From the NCBI GenBank assembly GCA_035504945.1, contig DATJRH010000031.1, positions 3,018 through 67,017 on the forward strand: a stretch of DNA of 64,000 nt, read 5' to 3'. The notes beneath the pieces are model-generated. The model worked only from the letters and a program-made list of their open reading frames with translations. It was not told the origin of the DNA and made no database searches. Origin of the DNA: Candidatus Aquilonibacter sp. (lineage in GTDB: Bacteria; Verrucomicrobiota; Verrucomicrobiia; Limisphaerales; UBA11358). The position numbers were made by a program, and so were the translations under genes. Position 1 is the stretch's first letter; the number at the start of each line of letters is the position of its first letter. This document shows, piece after piece, positions 29,098 through 38,987 of the stretch.

Positions 29098-30177
29098 TCA
29101 TTTCCAGTAGAAACTCAAAATCTGGATGTCCGTGCCGGAATTGCGGAAGAGGATGGCGTCGTATTCGCGCGTGTAATCGCCAAGCCGGGCGGTGACTTGG
29201 ACCTCAAACGTGGAACTGCGCACGGTGCAATAGCGGGCAGCCTGCTGGATGACTTGCGGACTGACGCCGGCGGTGGTGAGCTGGTTGATATTTTGAAAGG
29301 GCGTGTCGTCTTCCGTGCCGTCCACGCCGTCGGGTCCGGCGCGCTGCTGGACAATGGCGGCGGCGGCGGCGCCGTCCACGCCGGGAATCAGTTGCAGCAC
29401 GTTGGTGTCGGCGGTGTTGATGTTGATGCGACCGGAGGAAATGGCCGTGAAAAGGTCTTTCAAGCCGAACGGATAATCCGGCTGCTCGTCCGGCGTGCCG
29501 CCAAAGCCGAGTTGATGATGAAACGGGGACGACGCGTTGCCAAAAGTTTCCGGGTCATACATCGCCGGCGTCACGCCCTTGACGAGCATCAGTTCGGACA
29601 AGTCGTCCATCGGCGCTTCCTTGCAATAATAGGGCGGATTCAAGCCTTGGTAATAATCGTTCTTCGCCCCGGCGATGCGCGGCGAGTCACCCGGCTGGAC
29701 CCAGTCGAGAATGGAATCGGACACGACGGAAATGCTGTCGGCGTCCGCACCCATGAGCGTGAGCGCCTGCTGCAATTCCGGCGCGGTGGCGGTGTTGATG
29801 TTGGCGAAACGTTCGAGGTCAATGATCTTGAGCGAGACTGTGCCGTTGCCGACGGGATAATTGTTCAGCGAAATATTGGCGAGCACGCTGTTGGTCTCGC
29901 CCGGCCCGCCCGGTCCGCCCGCCCAGATTTGATTGAGCGAGTCGTAGGGTTCGCTCGCAATGGACGCTTCCTGCGCCAGAATCCAGCGCGCGTATTCCAC
30001 GCCCGAACGTCCCAGCCAAAGCAATTGCTCGTCGGCATTTCCGTTCGCCGCGAGCTTGGTCTCGACTTTCATCGAATACGAGAAAATCGCCGCCATCGAA
30101 GCCAGCACAAAAATCGCGACCATCACGACGACGAGCGCGATGCCGGCACGGAAATTTGGGCGGGAGGATAATTTCAT
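29098..30177 (-). CDS. gspK: Type II secretion minor pseudopilin GspK
   Basis: G|IALVVV prepilin-like site, ININTA repeats, SILDW, ELMLVKGVT. Start ATG 30177. Confidence 0.88.
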   Translation of the reverse strand: MKLSSRPNFRAGIALVVVMVAIFVLASMAAIFSYSMKVETKLAANGNADEQLLWLGRSGVEYARWILAQEASIASEPYDSLNQIWAGGPGGPGETNSVLANISLNNYPVGNGTVSLKIIDLERFANINTATAPELQQALTLMGADADSISVVSDSILDWVQPGDSPRIAGAKNDYYQGLNPPYYCKEAPMDDLSELMLVKGVTPAMYDPETFGNASSPFHHQLGFGGTPDEQPDYPFGLKDLFTAISSGRININTADTNVLQLIPGVDGAAAAAIVQQRAGPDGVDGTEDDTPFQNINQLTTAGVSPQVIQQAARYCTVRSSTFEVQVTARLGDYTREYDAILFRNSGTDIQILSFYWK

Positions 30178-30197
30178 TGGCGTGGCATGGATGAAAA

Positions 30198-30986
30198 TCA
30201 ACGTGGTGGCGCTGGTGGGGGGATCGTCGGACGGCCTCCGCCGCCGAACATTGGTGCTTGGGCTTGGACCGGAACGGTCGTGGACGGCACCGAGATGAGG
30301 CGCGCGATGGTCCGCGTGGGCGCCGCATCGCCCCCAAGCGTGAGCGTGACACGGATCACCGAGGGGATGGCGTTGGTATCGTCCCATTCAGTCGCCCAGT
30401 CTTGCGTGTTGGTGTCCCAGCATTCGACGGTGAAATCCTTCACGTCGCGCGCCAGCACGAGCGGGTTGTTTTGTTCGATCGGGTCCATGTCCATGAGAAT
30501 GGGGTTTTGACGCAGCACCAGTTCCTTTTCCGAATCCGGCCCGCTTTCGACGGTGAACGTCAGCCGCCGCACGGGGAAATTCTGTCCCGTGACCGGATTG
30601 ATGAACCGGTCATTGCGCGGAAAAATGGCCGGGAGCCGCGCGGTGAAACTCAATTCCGGCTGGTCGCCGTTCTGGACCACGAAGCTGTAATACTGCATGG
30701 ACGCCTGAAACGACTGGATGCAGGTGAGCGAATCTTCGATTGTCCGCACGGCGATGCGCTCGCGCTGCACCTGCGCCGCCGCTTCCTCCCCGACGGCCGA
30801 TGATTTTAAAATGAGAATCCACGTGGAATAGACCGCCGCGACGACAAGCATGAAAATCGTGAGAGCGACCATGATTTCGATCAAGGTGAACGCGCGGCGG
30901 CGAAGCGGCCGAGCGCAAAAAGATTTTTGCGGCGCGCGCAATTGCGCCGCGCCTTCGACTTTTGATTTTTGACTAAAAATTTTCAT
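30198..30986 (-). CDS. Type II secretion pseudopilin (GspJ-like)
   Basis: A|FTLIEIMVA N-methylation motif; W..EWD...IP..IRVTL C-terminus; precedes gspK. Confidence 0.8.
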   Translation of the reverse strand: MKIFSQKSKVEGAAQLRAPQKSFCARPLRRRAFTLIEIMVALTIFMLVVAAVYSTWILILKSSAVGEEAAAQVQRERIAVRTIEDSLTCIQSFQASMQYYSFVVQNGDQPELSFTARLPAIFPRNDRFINPVTGQNFPVRRLTFTVESGPDSEKELVLRQNPILMDMDPIEQNNPLVLARDVKDFTVECWDTNTQDWATEWDDTNAIPSVIRVTLTLGGDAAPTRTIARLISVPSTTVPVQAQAPMFGGGGRPTIPPPAPPR

Positions 30987-31411
30987 CGGGCCGTGGTGGC
31001 TCCGTCAAGGCTGCCCGCCGGAGACTGCGGGCGGTAAAGCAGGATGCTCATTTTGGAAATGACCGGGTTTCCGGGCGCGGGACTCTGCACAATCAAATCC
31101 ACTTGAAACAACTTGTTCGATTCCACCTCGTCAACGGCGCTCGTCCAAGTGTAGCCCTGATAGGCATCGCCGAGAAAGTCGGAGAGGTCGCCCGAATCAT
31201 TGCCCTCGACGAGCTGGTTCGTCTGCGAATAAGCGCTCGCCACCATGCCCGCGTCCACGATGGGCATCTGCAACCGCCGCGCATTTTCGAGTGAACTGGA
31301 CACTAGGCACAGAATTGCGAACGTCGCCACGGCAAAAATCCCGATGGCGATCATCACTTCCAAAAGCGAAAACGCCCGCCGCCCGGCGCCGGATGGGATG
31401 GCCGTTCTCAT
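30983..31411 (-). CDS. Type II secretion pseudopilin (GspI-like)
   Basis: A|FSLLEVMIAI motif; short; between the H-like and J-like genes. Confidence 0.75.
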   Translation of the reverse strand: MRTAIPSGAGRRAFSLLEVMIAIGIFAVATFAILCLVSSSLENARRLQMPIVDAGMVASAYSQTNQLVEGNDSGDLSDFLGDAYQGYTWTSAVDEVESNKLFQVDLIVQSPAPGNPVISKMSILLYRPQSPAGSLDGATTAR

Positions 31412-32004
31412 TGGTTCACACTCGATACGGCGGTCAGGCCGGTTGAAAATTCCGTGGTGATTTTCCGCCAATCGCCGCCGGAATGCAGCACCACCGTCAT
31501 TTCGTCGCAGGTGCCGTTCGGGAAAAAGCGCACGCGCGCCTCCGGTGACTCAAGGTAATCATCCAAATTGATGTCCAACATCACGAAATCCACGCCGTCG
31601 GGCAACGTCCCGGACGACGCCTTGCTCCAGGGAGTATGCAATGCCTGCGCGGGCGCTGAATTGCTGCCGCCGGAGCTGTCGGCAACGTCGTCCACAGGCG
31701 CTTGCGCCGCGTCTACAGGCGCAGCGGTCACCTCCCACCGGCGTTGTTGCGGATAAAAAACGACTTCCGTTGTCTTGCCCTGAAAAATCGCGCGCGCCCG
31801 CGCTTCGCTGCAGGCGTCCATGACATCGCTGACACCTTTGCGCATCCCCTCTTTGCGCACGGTCATCATTAGTGAAGGAATGCCCATTGCCATGATAAGG
31901 CCGATAATGGCCAGAACAACCATGAGTTCAATCAGTGTGAAGGCGCGGTGCCGGCAGTCGAAACCTGAAATTTGGGGACGTCGAAAAAACTTCATACGGC
32001 TCAA
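31408..32004 (-). CDS. Type II secretion pseudopilin (GspH-like)
   Basis: A|FTLIELMVV, ARARAI, VRFFPNGT. Confidence 0.8.
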   Translation of the reverse strand: MSRMKFFRRPQISGFDCRHRAFTLIELMVVLAIIGLIMAMGIPSLMMTVRKEGMRKGVSDVMDACSEARARAIFQGKTTEVVFYPQQRRWEVTAAPVDAAQAPVDDVADSSGGSNSAPAQALHTPWSKASSGTLPDGVDFVMLDINLDDYLESPEARVRFFPNGTCDEMTVVLHSGGDWRKITTEFSTGLTAVSSVNQ

Positions 32005-33272
32005 CTGTGAATTGACGAAACCAGTTTGAACAGCGGCAGGAAAATGCTCAACAGCAGGAAGGCCACGACAATACCCATGACGACAATCAGCGCCGGCTCG
32101 ATAAGTTGCGTCATCAGGCGCAGCGCGATTTGCAATTCGCTCTCGTATGTGTCGGCGAGATTGTTCATCGCGCCCGGCACGTCGCCTGTTTCCTCGCCGA
32201 TGCGCACGAGGTCAATCATCAGTTGCGGGAAAATCTTGCTGTGCGCCATCGGCTGCGCGAGCGTTTTGCCATCCGTGACCGCGTCGTGCGTTTTGGCGAC
32301 GGCCTCTTTGATGAGACGGTTGGACAGGACGCGCTCGGTAATTTTCAAGGCCGTCAGCACCGGCACGCCGTTTTGCAGCAGCGTGCCGAGTGTTCGCGCA
32401 AATTGCCCGAATAGATTCAACCTCACCACCTTGCCGAAAACCGGGGCTTTCATCTTCCATTCGTCCAGCATCCTTCCCCCGGCTTCGCTGGCCTTGAAGC
32501 GATAAAATAAAATAACTGTGACGATGATGAGCAGCACAAGCAGCCACCAATAGCCGAGCAGAAAATTGCTGATGTCGATCAGCATCCGCGTTGGCAACGG
32601 CAATTCGATGTTGAAGCCCTGGAAGATGAGTGTGAACTGCGGCATCATGAAAAACATGAAGAACGCGATCAGCAGCAGGCCCATGCAAATCACCAGCACC
32701 GGATAAATCATCGCCGAGGACAACTTCGCCTGCACCTCCGCAAACTGCTGGAAATGGGTCGCCATGCGCCGCAACACTTCCACCAGCGAGCCGCTCTGCT
32801 CGCCCGCGCGCACCATGTTGATATACAAATCCGAAAAAATGCGCGGCTGCTTCGCCATCGCGTCCGACAAGCCTTTTCCCTCGCTCACCTCCTGCTTCAA
32901 ATCGCGGCTCACCTCGGCGGGAATGCCCTTTGATTCAAGGTGCGTCATGCTGTTGAGCGCGACCGTCAACGGCATCCCCGATTGGAGCAAATTGGCCAGT
33001 TGATGCGTGAATGTCGCCAGCTCCTGCAACTTCGGTTTGCGCTTCTGCTGCAGTTGCGCGCGCAACGTCGGCGGCAGTAACGCGAGCAAGTCCACCTGCT
33101 GACCATTGCGTTTGCCGCTGGCTGCCGCGCCCGCCTTGGCTGTTTCCACGGCGATGGGAAAAAGTCCGAGCCGCTGGATTTGCATCAGCGCCGCCGGACG
33201 GTCAGCCACGTCCAAAACCCCCTCGACCAGTTCACCACTGCGGCGCCGCGCCTTGTAAGAAAATTCCGGCAT
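32001..33272 (-). CDS. gspF: Type II secretion inner-membrane protein GspF/PilC
   Basis: FTHQLANLLQSG, AGEQSGSL, AMIYP, GEETGD, IEPALIV. Confidence 0.92.
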   Translation of the reverse strand: MPEFSYKARRRSGELVEGVLDVADRPAALMQIQRLGLFPIAVETAKAGAAASGKRNGQQVDLLALLPPTLRAQLQQKRKPKLQELATFTHQLANLLQSGMPLTVALNSMTHLESKGIPAEVSRDLKQEVSEGKGLSDAMAKQPRIFSDLYINMVRAGEQSGSLVEVLRRMATHFQQFAEVQAKLSSAMIYPVLVICMGLLLIAFFMFFMMPQFTLIFQGFNIELPLPTRMLIDISNFLLGYWWLLVLLIIVTVILFYRFKASEAGGRMLDEWKMKAPVFGKVVRLNLFGQFARTLGTLLQNGVPVLTALKITERVLSNRLIKEAVAKTHDAVTDGKTLAQPMAHSKIFPQLMIDLVRIGEETGDVPGAMNNLADTYESELQIALRLMTQLIEPALIVVMGIVVAFLLLSIFLPLFKLVSSIHS

Positions 33273-33366
33273 AATTCTTTATATCAAAACCCGTTCCCGG
33301 CCGAAAGTTTCAAATCCATGAATCTTGCTTGACGCGGACGGGGTTTTTGATTGGACTGTGCCCAAT

Positions 33367-33774
33367 ATGAAAATGAAAATTTTTGCGGCTTTTGTCGGAG
33401 TGGCCATTGTCGTCACCGGTTGCATCGGCACCGTCAGCGGCACGAAAACGCCGGCGCTGACGTGGTCGAAGGACCGCCTCGAGGCGCGCTATCAACGCAC
33501 CGTGGACCAGGTTTATCAAGCCTCGGTCGCGGTCATCCAAAACAACGGCGTGCTGGTCACGGAGTTCATCCCGCACGACACCACCAACGTGGTGCGCGCT
33601 TTGCAAGGCAAGGTGAACCAGCGCAATGTGTGGATTCGCGTCCAGGCAGTTGATCCCAACATCACCCAGGTCACGGTGCAAGCCCGCTCGTCCGCAGGCA
33701 TCAGCGACATTGACCTTGCCTCCCAACTGCAAACGCAAATTGCACTGCAGTTGCAGGCGGAGTCATCGCAGTAA
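33367..33774 (+). CDS. DUF3568-like lipoprotein
   Basis: Lipobox (VVTGC); 'Y.R.VDQVY.AS..V' pattern. Confidence 0.6.
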   Translation: MKMKIFAAFVGVAIVVTGCIGTVSGTKTPALTWSKDRLEARYQRTVDQVYQASVAVIQNNGVLVTEFIPHDTTNVVRALQGKVNQRNVWIRVQAVDPNITQVTVQARSSAGISDIDLASQLQTQIALQLQAESSQ

Positions 33775-34983
33775 TCCCGGTTTCAATCCAATGTCCTGTT
33801 CGTAGGTGCCGAGTTTCTTGTTTTCCGAGGCGGCAGCTTGGCCTTTGATTTCCAATTTCAAATGATTTAACCGTGAACGCGCCAGCTCCGCCGCCGGCAA
33901 GTCGGGAAATGATTCAATGATTTTTTCCAACGTCGGGCGCACGGTGTCGTAATCCGCGCCGGCGCGAATTTGCAAGTCCGCCAGCAAATTCAGCCAGTGC
34001 GCCACGTGTCGGGCCGGCTGGTCCGGCTGCCCGGCCAATTGCTTCAACTCCTGCGCCGCCAAATCCAGCCGGTGATAATGCGTTGCGTAAAGGATGGCGA
34101 GTTTTTCCCGCGCCTCCGTGTCAAGCGGATGCTGCTCCAGTTGCTTAACGAAATCCGCCGCGAGCTTTTCGGGTGCGATTTCCGCCGGGGCCAAATCGCG
34201 CAGCGTCCCGCGCAGGCCCGCGCTGGGCAAACCTTCGGGAACAACCACCGGCCGGCGGTCGTGCGCGGACAAAAGAATTTTTTCCACGCCGCCCAGATGC
34301 GCGATGCGTTGCGCCGCCGCCGCCGCCAGCGCCGTGCCTGGAAATTTGGCGATGATTTTTTCCAGCGCGGTGCGCGCAGAATCGGTGTCTTGCGCAAACT
34401 TCAAATGCCAGTCGGCCAGCAGCGTCAGCGCGGCGGCAACCTGTTTGGGCGGCGCTTTTTCCCAATCACAAAAATGGTTCAGTGTAATTTCCGCCGACGG
34501 CAGGTCCTTCGTGTCCTCGGCCTGGATGGTCGCCAGCAAAAGCACGCCTTCGTAATCGTGCGGAAATTTCGCGAGCTGCTCGCGCACGGCGACGATGGCT
34601 TCCAGCGGATGGTTCAATTTCCGTTTTGCAAGCGCGATGGAGTAATACGGCTTCGATTCAATCTCCACTTTGCCACCGTCGTAAAGCGACGCAATCGGGT
34701 TGGCGATTAAATCAATTATGCCGTGCCGCCAAGTTACGACCATCACGATGCTCGAAAGAAGCGCGACAGCTAGACCATAAAGCGCGGCAAATCCACCCGC
34801 TCCGAAATTAGGAAGCGCCACAAAGAATTCAAACCATAGGGCTACGCCGGTTACAATCCACTTAAAAATTAATTTGGGAGGATCATCACTGCGCTTGAGC
34901 AACCATACGGCAAGCCAAATGCAGAAACCAACGGCAATTAGCGATAAAACTACGTTCCAAATGATTTGCAGGATCTGACTCAT
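33763..34983 (-). CDS. Membrane protein with TPR-like cytoplasmic domain
   Basis: Three N-terminal TM helices, then helical repeats (LEKIIAKFP, LEKIIESFP). Start ATG 34983. Confidence 0.7.
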   Translation of the reverse strand: MSQILQIIWNVVLSLIAVGFCIWLAVWLLKRSDDPPKLIFKWIVTGVALWFEFFVALPNFGAGGFAALYGLAVALLSSIVMVVTWRHGIIDLIANPIASLYDGGKVEIESKPYYSIALAKRKLNHPLEAIVAVREQLAKFPHDYEGVLLLATIQAEDTKDLPSAEITLNHFCDWEKAPPKQVAAALTLLADWHLKFAQDTDSARTALEKIIAKFPGTALAAAAAQRIAHLGGVEKILLSAHDRRPVVVPEGLPSAGLRGTLRDLAPAEIAPEKLAADFVKQLEQHPLDTEAREKLAILYATHYHRLDLAAQELKQLAGQPDQPARHVAHWLNLLADLQIRAGADYDTVRPTLEKIIESFPDLPAAELARSRLNHLKLEIKGQAAASENKKLGTYEQDIGLKPGLLR

Positions 34984-35031
34984 GGCTGCTGCCGCAAATT
35001 CATCCCGTTTGCCAATAAATACAAGCAAAAT

Positions 35032-35460
35032 TCAGCCGTAACGAAACGGCCTGGCCATCGCAAATGCGTTTGGCAAATGCCGGATTTCCCGGACTTCACC
35101 GGCGGTCAGCAAAACTTCCACGATGTCGAACCGGATTTTCACCGGCGGATTTTTCAGCCGCCGCAAATAATCCAACGCGCATTGCGAGAGCCGCCGTCGT
35201 CGCGCTGCGTTTACCGCCGCCGCCGGACGCGACCAATCCTCCGACGACCGCGTCTTGACCTCGATGAACGCGAGGCAGTCGCCGTCGCGGAAAATTAAAT
35301 CCGTTTCGCCACGTTCCGAGCGGAAATTGGCCGCGAGAAACTTCAAGCCGGCCTTCTGCAAAAACTTTTTCGCCGCACGCTCGCCCAATTCGCCACGGCG
35401 CAAGTGCTCCGGTTTGGCCTTGCCGACAAACCGCGCTTTGAGATTTTCCAAAAGAGTCAT
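35032..35460 (-). CDS. yraN: YraN family protein (UPF0102)
   Basis: GELGERAA..FL, GE.DLI, FIEVKTR, RFDIVEV; follows rnhB. Start ATG 35460. Confidence 0.88.
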   Translation of the reverse strand: MTLLENLKARFVGKAKPEHLRRGELGERAAKKFLQKAGLKFLAANFRSERGETDLIFRDGDCLAFIEVKTRSSEDWSRPAAAVNAARRRRLSQCALDYLRRLKNPPVKIRFDIVEVLLTAGEVREIRHLPNAFAMARPFRYG

Positions 35461-35466
35461 TGTTGG

Positions 35467-35516
35467 AACCACGGATTTCACGGATTGAAAAATATCAATC
35501 CGCCTAATCCGTGGTT
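35467..35516. repeat. Nonamer-based inverted repeat overlapping the rnhB stop
   Basis: aaccacggatttcacggattg ... aatccgcctaatccgtggtt. Confidence 0.7.
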
Positions 35517-36208
35517 TCAAATAATTGCCATTCTTTCGGCTTGAGCGGGGAGAAGGTTTTTCGATGAATCGGACACGCGCCGAATTTTTCAATCGCCGCC
35601 AGATGCGCTGCCGTGCCGTAGCCTTTGTGCCCGGCAAATCCGTAATTTGGAAACTGCCGGTCGAATTCGCGCATCAGCCGGTCGCGCGTGACCTTGGCCA
35701 GGACGCTCGCGGCGGCGATGGAATAGCTGCGCGCGTCGCCCTTCACGATGGCCGTCTGCGGCACGCGCAGCGATTTCACCGGCCAGCCGTCCACCAGCGC
35801 GTGCTCCGGCGGCAGATTCAATTGTGCCAGCGCCGCATTCATCGCGCGATGCGTCGCCTGCAAAATGTTGATTTCGTCAATCTGCGGCGCGTCCACCTGC
35901 GCGACGGCAAAAATGATTTCGCCGCAACTCGTGATGAAGTCGAAAAATTTTTCGCGCTGGCTTTCCGTGAGTTGCTTGGAATCGTTCAAACCTTCGAGTT
36001 CTTGTGGCAAACCGCTTTCGCCCCAGCGTGCGGGCAAAACCGCCGCCGCCGCGACGACCGGCCCGGCGAGCGGCCCGCGTCCGGCTTCGTCCACGCCCGC
36101 AACGCGCGTCAGTTTCTTTTGCCAGAACGCGCGCTCAAATTCAAAGCGGTCAATGGATTTCGCGCCGGATTTTTTTTGCAGCGGCGAATTGGAATCGAGC
36201 CGGCTCAT
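35504..36208 (-). CDS. rnhB: Ribonuclease HII
   Basis: GVDEAGRGPLAGPV, DSKQL, KGD..S.SIAAAS..AKV.RD, HKGYGT. Confidence 0.96.
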   Translation of the reverse strand: MSRLDSNSPLQKKSGAKSIDRFEFERAFWQKKLTRVAGVDEAGRGPLAGPVVAAAAVLPARWGESGLPQELEGLNDSKQLTESQREKFFDFITSCGEIIFAVAQVDAPQIDEINILQATHRAMNAALAQLNLPPEHALVDGWPVKSLRVPQTAIVKGDARSYSIAAASVLAKVTRDRLMREFDRQFPNYGFAGHKGYGTAAHLAAIEKFGACPIHRKTFSPLKPKEWQLFETTD

Positions 36209-36213
36209 GATTT

Positions 36214-36642
36214 TTAAGAAGGCAAATCCTTACCGGTCGTTGTTACTGTCAATTTGCCGTGTTTCACGCCTTTGGCCGAAATCAAGGCGTCCGCGATTTT
36301 GCGGATCAACGCCGCCTTGCCGCGCACGAGCAGCACTTCCAGACAATTGTGATGGTCAAGATGAACATGCACTGTCGAGAGAATCACGTCATGGTGATCA
36401 TGCTGGATGTCCGTAAGCGCGGCTTGAAGGTGGGGTTTGTGATGGTCATAAACCAGCGTGATGGTGCCGACGATGTCTTCATTGCCAAATTTTTGCCGGT
36501 GTTCGACGAGGCGGTCGCGAATCATATCGGCGATGGCCAACGAACGATTATCGTAGCCCTTCTCGCCCGACATTTCATCCAGTTGCCGCAACAGCGACGG
36601 CGGCAGGGACACGCTGAAACGGCTGACGGTTTCTTTATTCAT
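36214..36642 (-). CDS. nikR: Nickel-responsive transcriptional regulator NikR
   Basis: RFSVSL ribbon-helix-helix, NRS.AI.D.IR, YDHH, QH, HVHLDHHNCLEV Ni ligands. Start ATG 36642. Confidence 0.95.
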   Translation of the reverse strand: MNKETVSRFSVSLPPSLLRQLDEMSGEKGYDNRSLAIADMIRDRLVEHRQKFGNEDIVGTITLVYDHHKPHLQAALTDIQHDHHDVILSTVHVHLDHHNCLEVLLVRGKAALIRKIADALISAKGVKHGKLTVTTTGKDLPS

Positions 36643-36660
36643 GGCAAATTCAATTGCCAC

Positions 36661-36688
36661 ATCGTAATTCAGTCGGCCATCGTGTCAA
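36661..36688 (-). promoter_or_regulatory. Sigma70-type promoter of nikR
   Basis: Minus strand TTGACA-N16-TACGAT, ending 18 nt before the ATG. Confidence 0.55.
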
Positions 36689-36746
36689 ACTCGGAGCAGC
36701 CAAATTGAATCGAAGTCAGTTTCAGGCTTTGCCAATTTGCCTGCGG

Positions 36747-38987
36747 TCAAAATGTTGCGGTCAAGCCAACCCGCGCCTGAAGCGGTTCGACCGGATGGAA
36801 AACATCCTGGAATGTTGGCGTGGCCGTTGGCGTAACGCGCGAGACATAGGCATAATCAATGTCGTGGTCGTGACGGTCAAGCAGGTTCAAAACCTCGACA
36901 GAAATGCGCCATGTTTTGTTGATTTGGTAGCCAGCTTCGGCATTTACCAAAATCGTTTGGTCGGAGCGATAAATTCCGTCCGAGGTCAAATCGCGCGGGC
37001 CGAAATAGCGCAGCCGGAGACTTGACGAAAAGCCATGCCAATCATGCAGCGTAATGCCGGAGGCAATCACCAACCCGACCGCTTCGGGCACATGCGTGCC
37101 GCCGGGACTGCCCGGTGCGGCATCATCGGCGTCCACCGATGTAAATCGGGCGATGGAATCCGCCATGTCAAAATCAAACGCCAGATGCTTTGTCAGCATA
37201 TAGTAATTTGCCCATTCGATGCCATAACGGTTGCTCGGCGATTTTGAAGGAACAGTGCCGCCAGTGTCGCCGTCCTGTTGCAATTCGGATTCGCTGTAAA
37301 GATACCAGAGCGAAACGGTGCTTTGCAGATGTGGCAGGACCAACGTGCGAACACCAACTTCCGCGCCTTTGGTCTGGATCAACGCGGGGATTTTCGCAGA
37401 CGGCGTTCCTGGATAAGGATTGTCCGCCGAAACTGGTTCCTCGGTTTGTGTCGCGCCGCGACCGTCGTTGCTGTGAAAGCCAAAACCGCCTTGCACATAA
37501 AACTCCGTTTTAGCCCACGGGCCGAAAATCAAGCTCAACTTGGGGCTGGGCAGCAGACTGTAAGCGGTGCCGGAGTTGGCCGGATTGTTAAGACAGGTGA
37601 CATCAAAATAGTCCAGGTCGCCGCGTAAGGCCGCGACGGAGCGGAATTTATCCCCCCACTGAACCTGATTCTGCACATAAAGACCAACTTGCGTATCCGT
37701 AAAATCATCGGCTTCTGTTGTGGCGGGCAAGATGGTGCCGGTTGCCGAATCCAGTTTCTCCACGCGCACGCGGTCTTCCGTTTGGTAAAGGCCGTTGTCA
37801 ATCCAGTCATTACGAACTTGTAGGCCAATCGTGTTTTGAACATCGCGGTGAAACCATTCGTTGAACAGGGTGTGACTTGCGTCAAGACCGGCCACCCAGC
37901 GATTGTCCTGCTGCTCAAATTGGTCGCCTTGGTTCGTGTCCGTGAGGAAATAAGTGAAATCGGAAAACAAGTCGAGGTAGTAATAAAATCCATAGGCCAT
38001 GACGTGCGTTTCAGAATTTTCATCCTGATGATGCCATTCAGCTTGCAGGCTGTAGCGTTGTGAATTGCCGCCGTCCGTTGGATTGATGGCACCGAAAAAA
38101 TTCGTTGCGCCGAAGCTGGCAGGGATTTGGTCGCTCGAATTCCATTTCCCATGATAACCAAGCGCCGTGACGCTGAATCCATTCACCTCATCGCCCTGGC
38201 TGTAGGTTAAAATGCCGTTGAATTTGGAATAGTCATCGGGATGCACCCAGGGACCGTCATCATGATACACTTCGCCGCCGTAAAGAATGTTGCCCGCGCC
38301 AAGTTTTTGCGACGCGCCAAACACGCCACGTTCAAAACCATACATGCCGCCTTGCACGGTAACGAAGTCCTGCGGTAGGGTCTGGTAAAACACGATATGG
38401 GCTGCACCCGCCGAACCAAAATCGCCCACATCCGCGTAGTAAGGACCTTTCTCGTAATCAATCCGCTCAACGAATTCAGGAATAACGATGTTCATGTCCG
38501 CGTAACCTTCGCCATGTGCGTGTGACGGCAGGTTCAATGGCATTCCATCAAGAAATATGGCGAAATCCGTGCCGTGATCCAGATTGAAGCCGCGCAGAAA
38601 ATACTGGTTGGCCTTTCCGCCGCCGGCGTGTTGTGTGATAATGACGCCCGGAACGGTTTCGAGAATCTCGCCGCTGCGCAAAATGGGGCGGTCGGCCAGT
38701 TGCGCCGCACCGGTCGTGCCCTGACTCGCGGAGGTGGCGATGCCGAGCAGGCTGTCCTGCCGGCCCACCACAGTGATGTCGGGCAAACGGACGACATGGT
38801 TGGTGTCAGCCGCTGGTTGGTTGGAAACCGTGTTGGCGGCGGTTTCGAGGTTGGTAAGGGTTTGGGCGCTGGCAATTCTGGCAGCGACAATTCCGCAGAA
38901 ACCAAAGGCCGCAACGCGAAGAATGGCTGTCCAAGCCCGGTGAAAAATCCGCGCTTGACCCGAATCTGAAATAAATGTTACGTTCAT
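36747..38987 (-). CDS. TonB-dependent receptor, probable nickel/metal uptake
   Basis: Plug ITQHAGGGKANQYFLRGFNLDHGTDF, HAHGEGY, KGPY; C-terminal Phe; between nikR and NiCoT. Start uncertain (ATG 38987 preferred to TTG 39044). Confidence 0.85.
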   Translation of the reverse strand: MNVTFISDSGQARIFHRAWTAILRVAAFGFCGIVAARIASAQTLTNLETAANTVSNQPAADTNHVVRLPDITVVGRQDSLLGIATSASQGTTGAAQLADRPILRSGEILETVPGVIITQHAGGGKANQYFLRGFNLDHGTDFAIFLDGMPLNLPSHAHGEGYADMNIVIPEFVERIDYEKGPYYADVGDFGSAGAAHIVFYQTLPQDFVTVQGGMYGFERGVFGASQKLGAGNILYGGEVYHDDGPWVHPDDYSKFNGILTYSQGDEVNGFSVTALGYHGKWNSSDQIPASFGATNFFGAINPTDGGNSQRYSLQAEWHHQDENSETHVMAYGFYYYLDLFSDFTYFLTDTNQGDQFEQQDNRWVAGLDASHTLFNEWFHRDVQNTIGLQVRNDWIDNGLYQTEDRVRVEKLDSATGTILPATTEADDFTDTQVGLYVQNQVQWGDKFRSVAALRGDLDYFDVTCLNNPANSGTAYSLLPSPKLSLIFGPWAKTEFYVQGGFGFHSNDGRGATQTEEPVSADNPYPGTPSAKIPALIQTKGAEVGVRTLVLPHLQSTVSLWYLYSESELQQDGDTGGTVPSKSPSNRYGIEWANYYMLTKHLAFDFDMADSIARFTSVDADDAAPGSPGGTHVPEAVGLVIASGITLHDWHGFSSSLRLRYFGPRDLTSDGIYRSDQTILVNAEAGYQINKTWRISVEVLNLLDRHDHDIDYAYVSRVTPTATPTFQDVFHPVEPLQARVGLTATF

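Noticed and set aside
29098..33272. gsp cluster lacking gspD, gspE and gspG as a novel reduced secretion system
   Set aside because: Split type II secretion loci are common, and the missing genes may lie outside the window.
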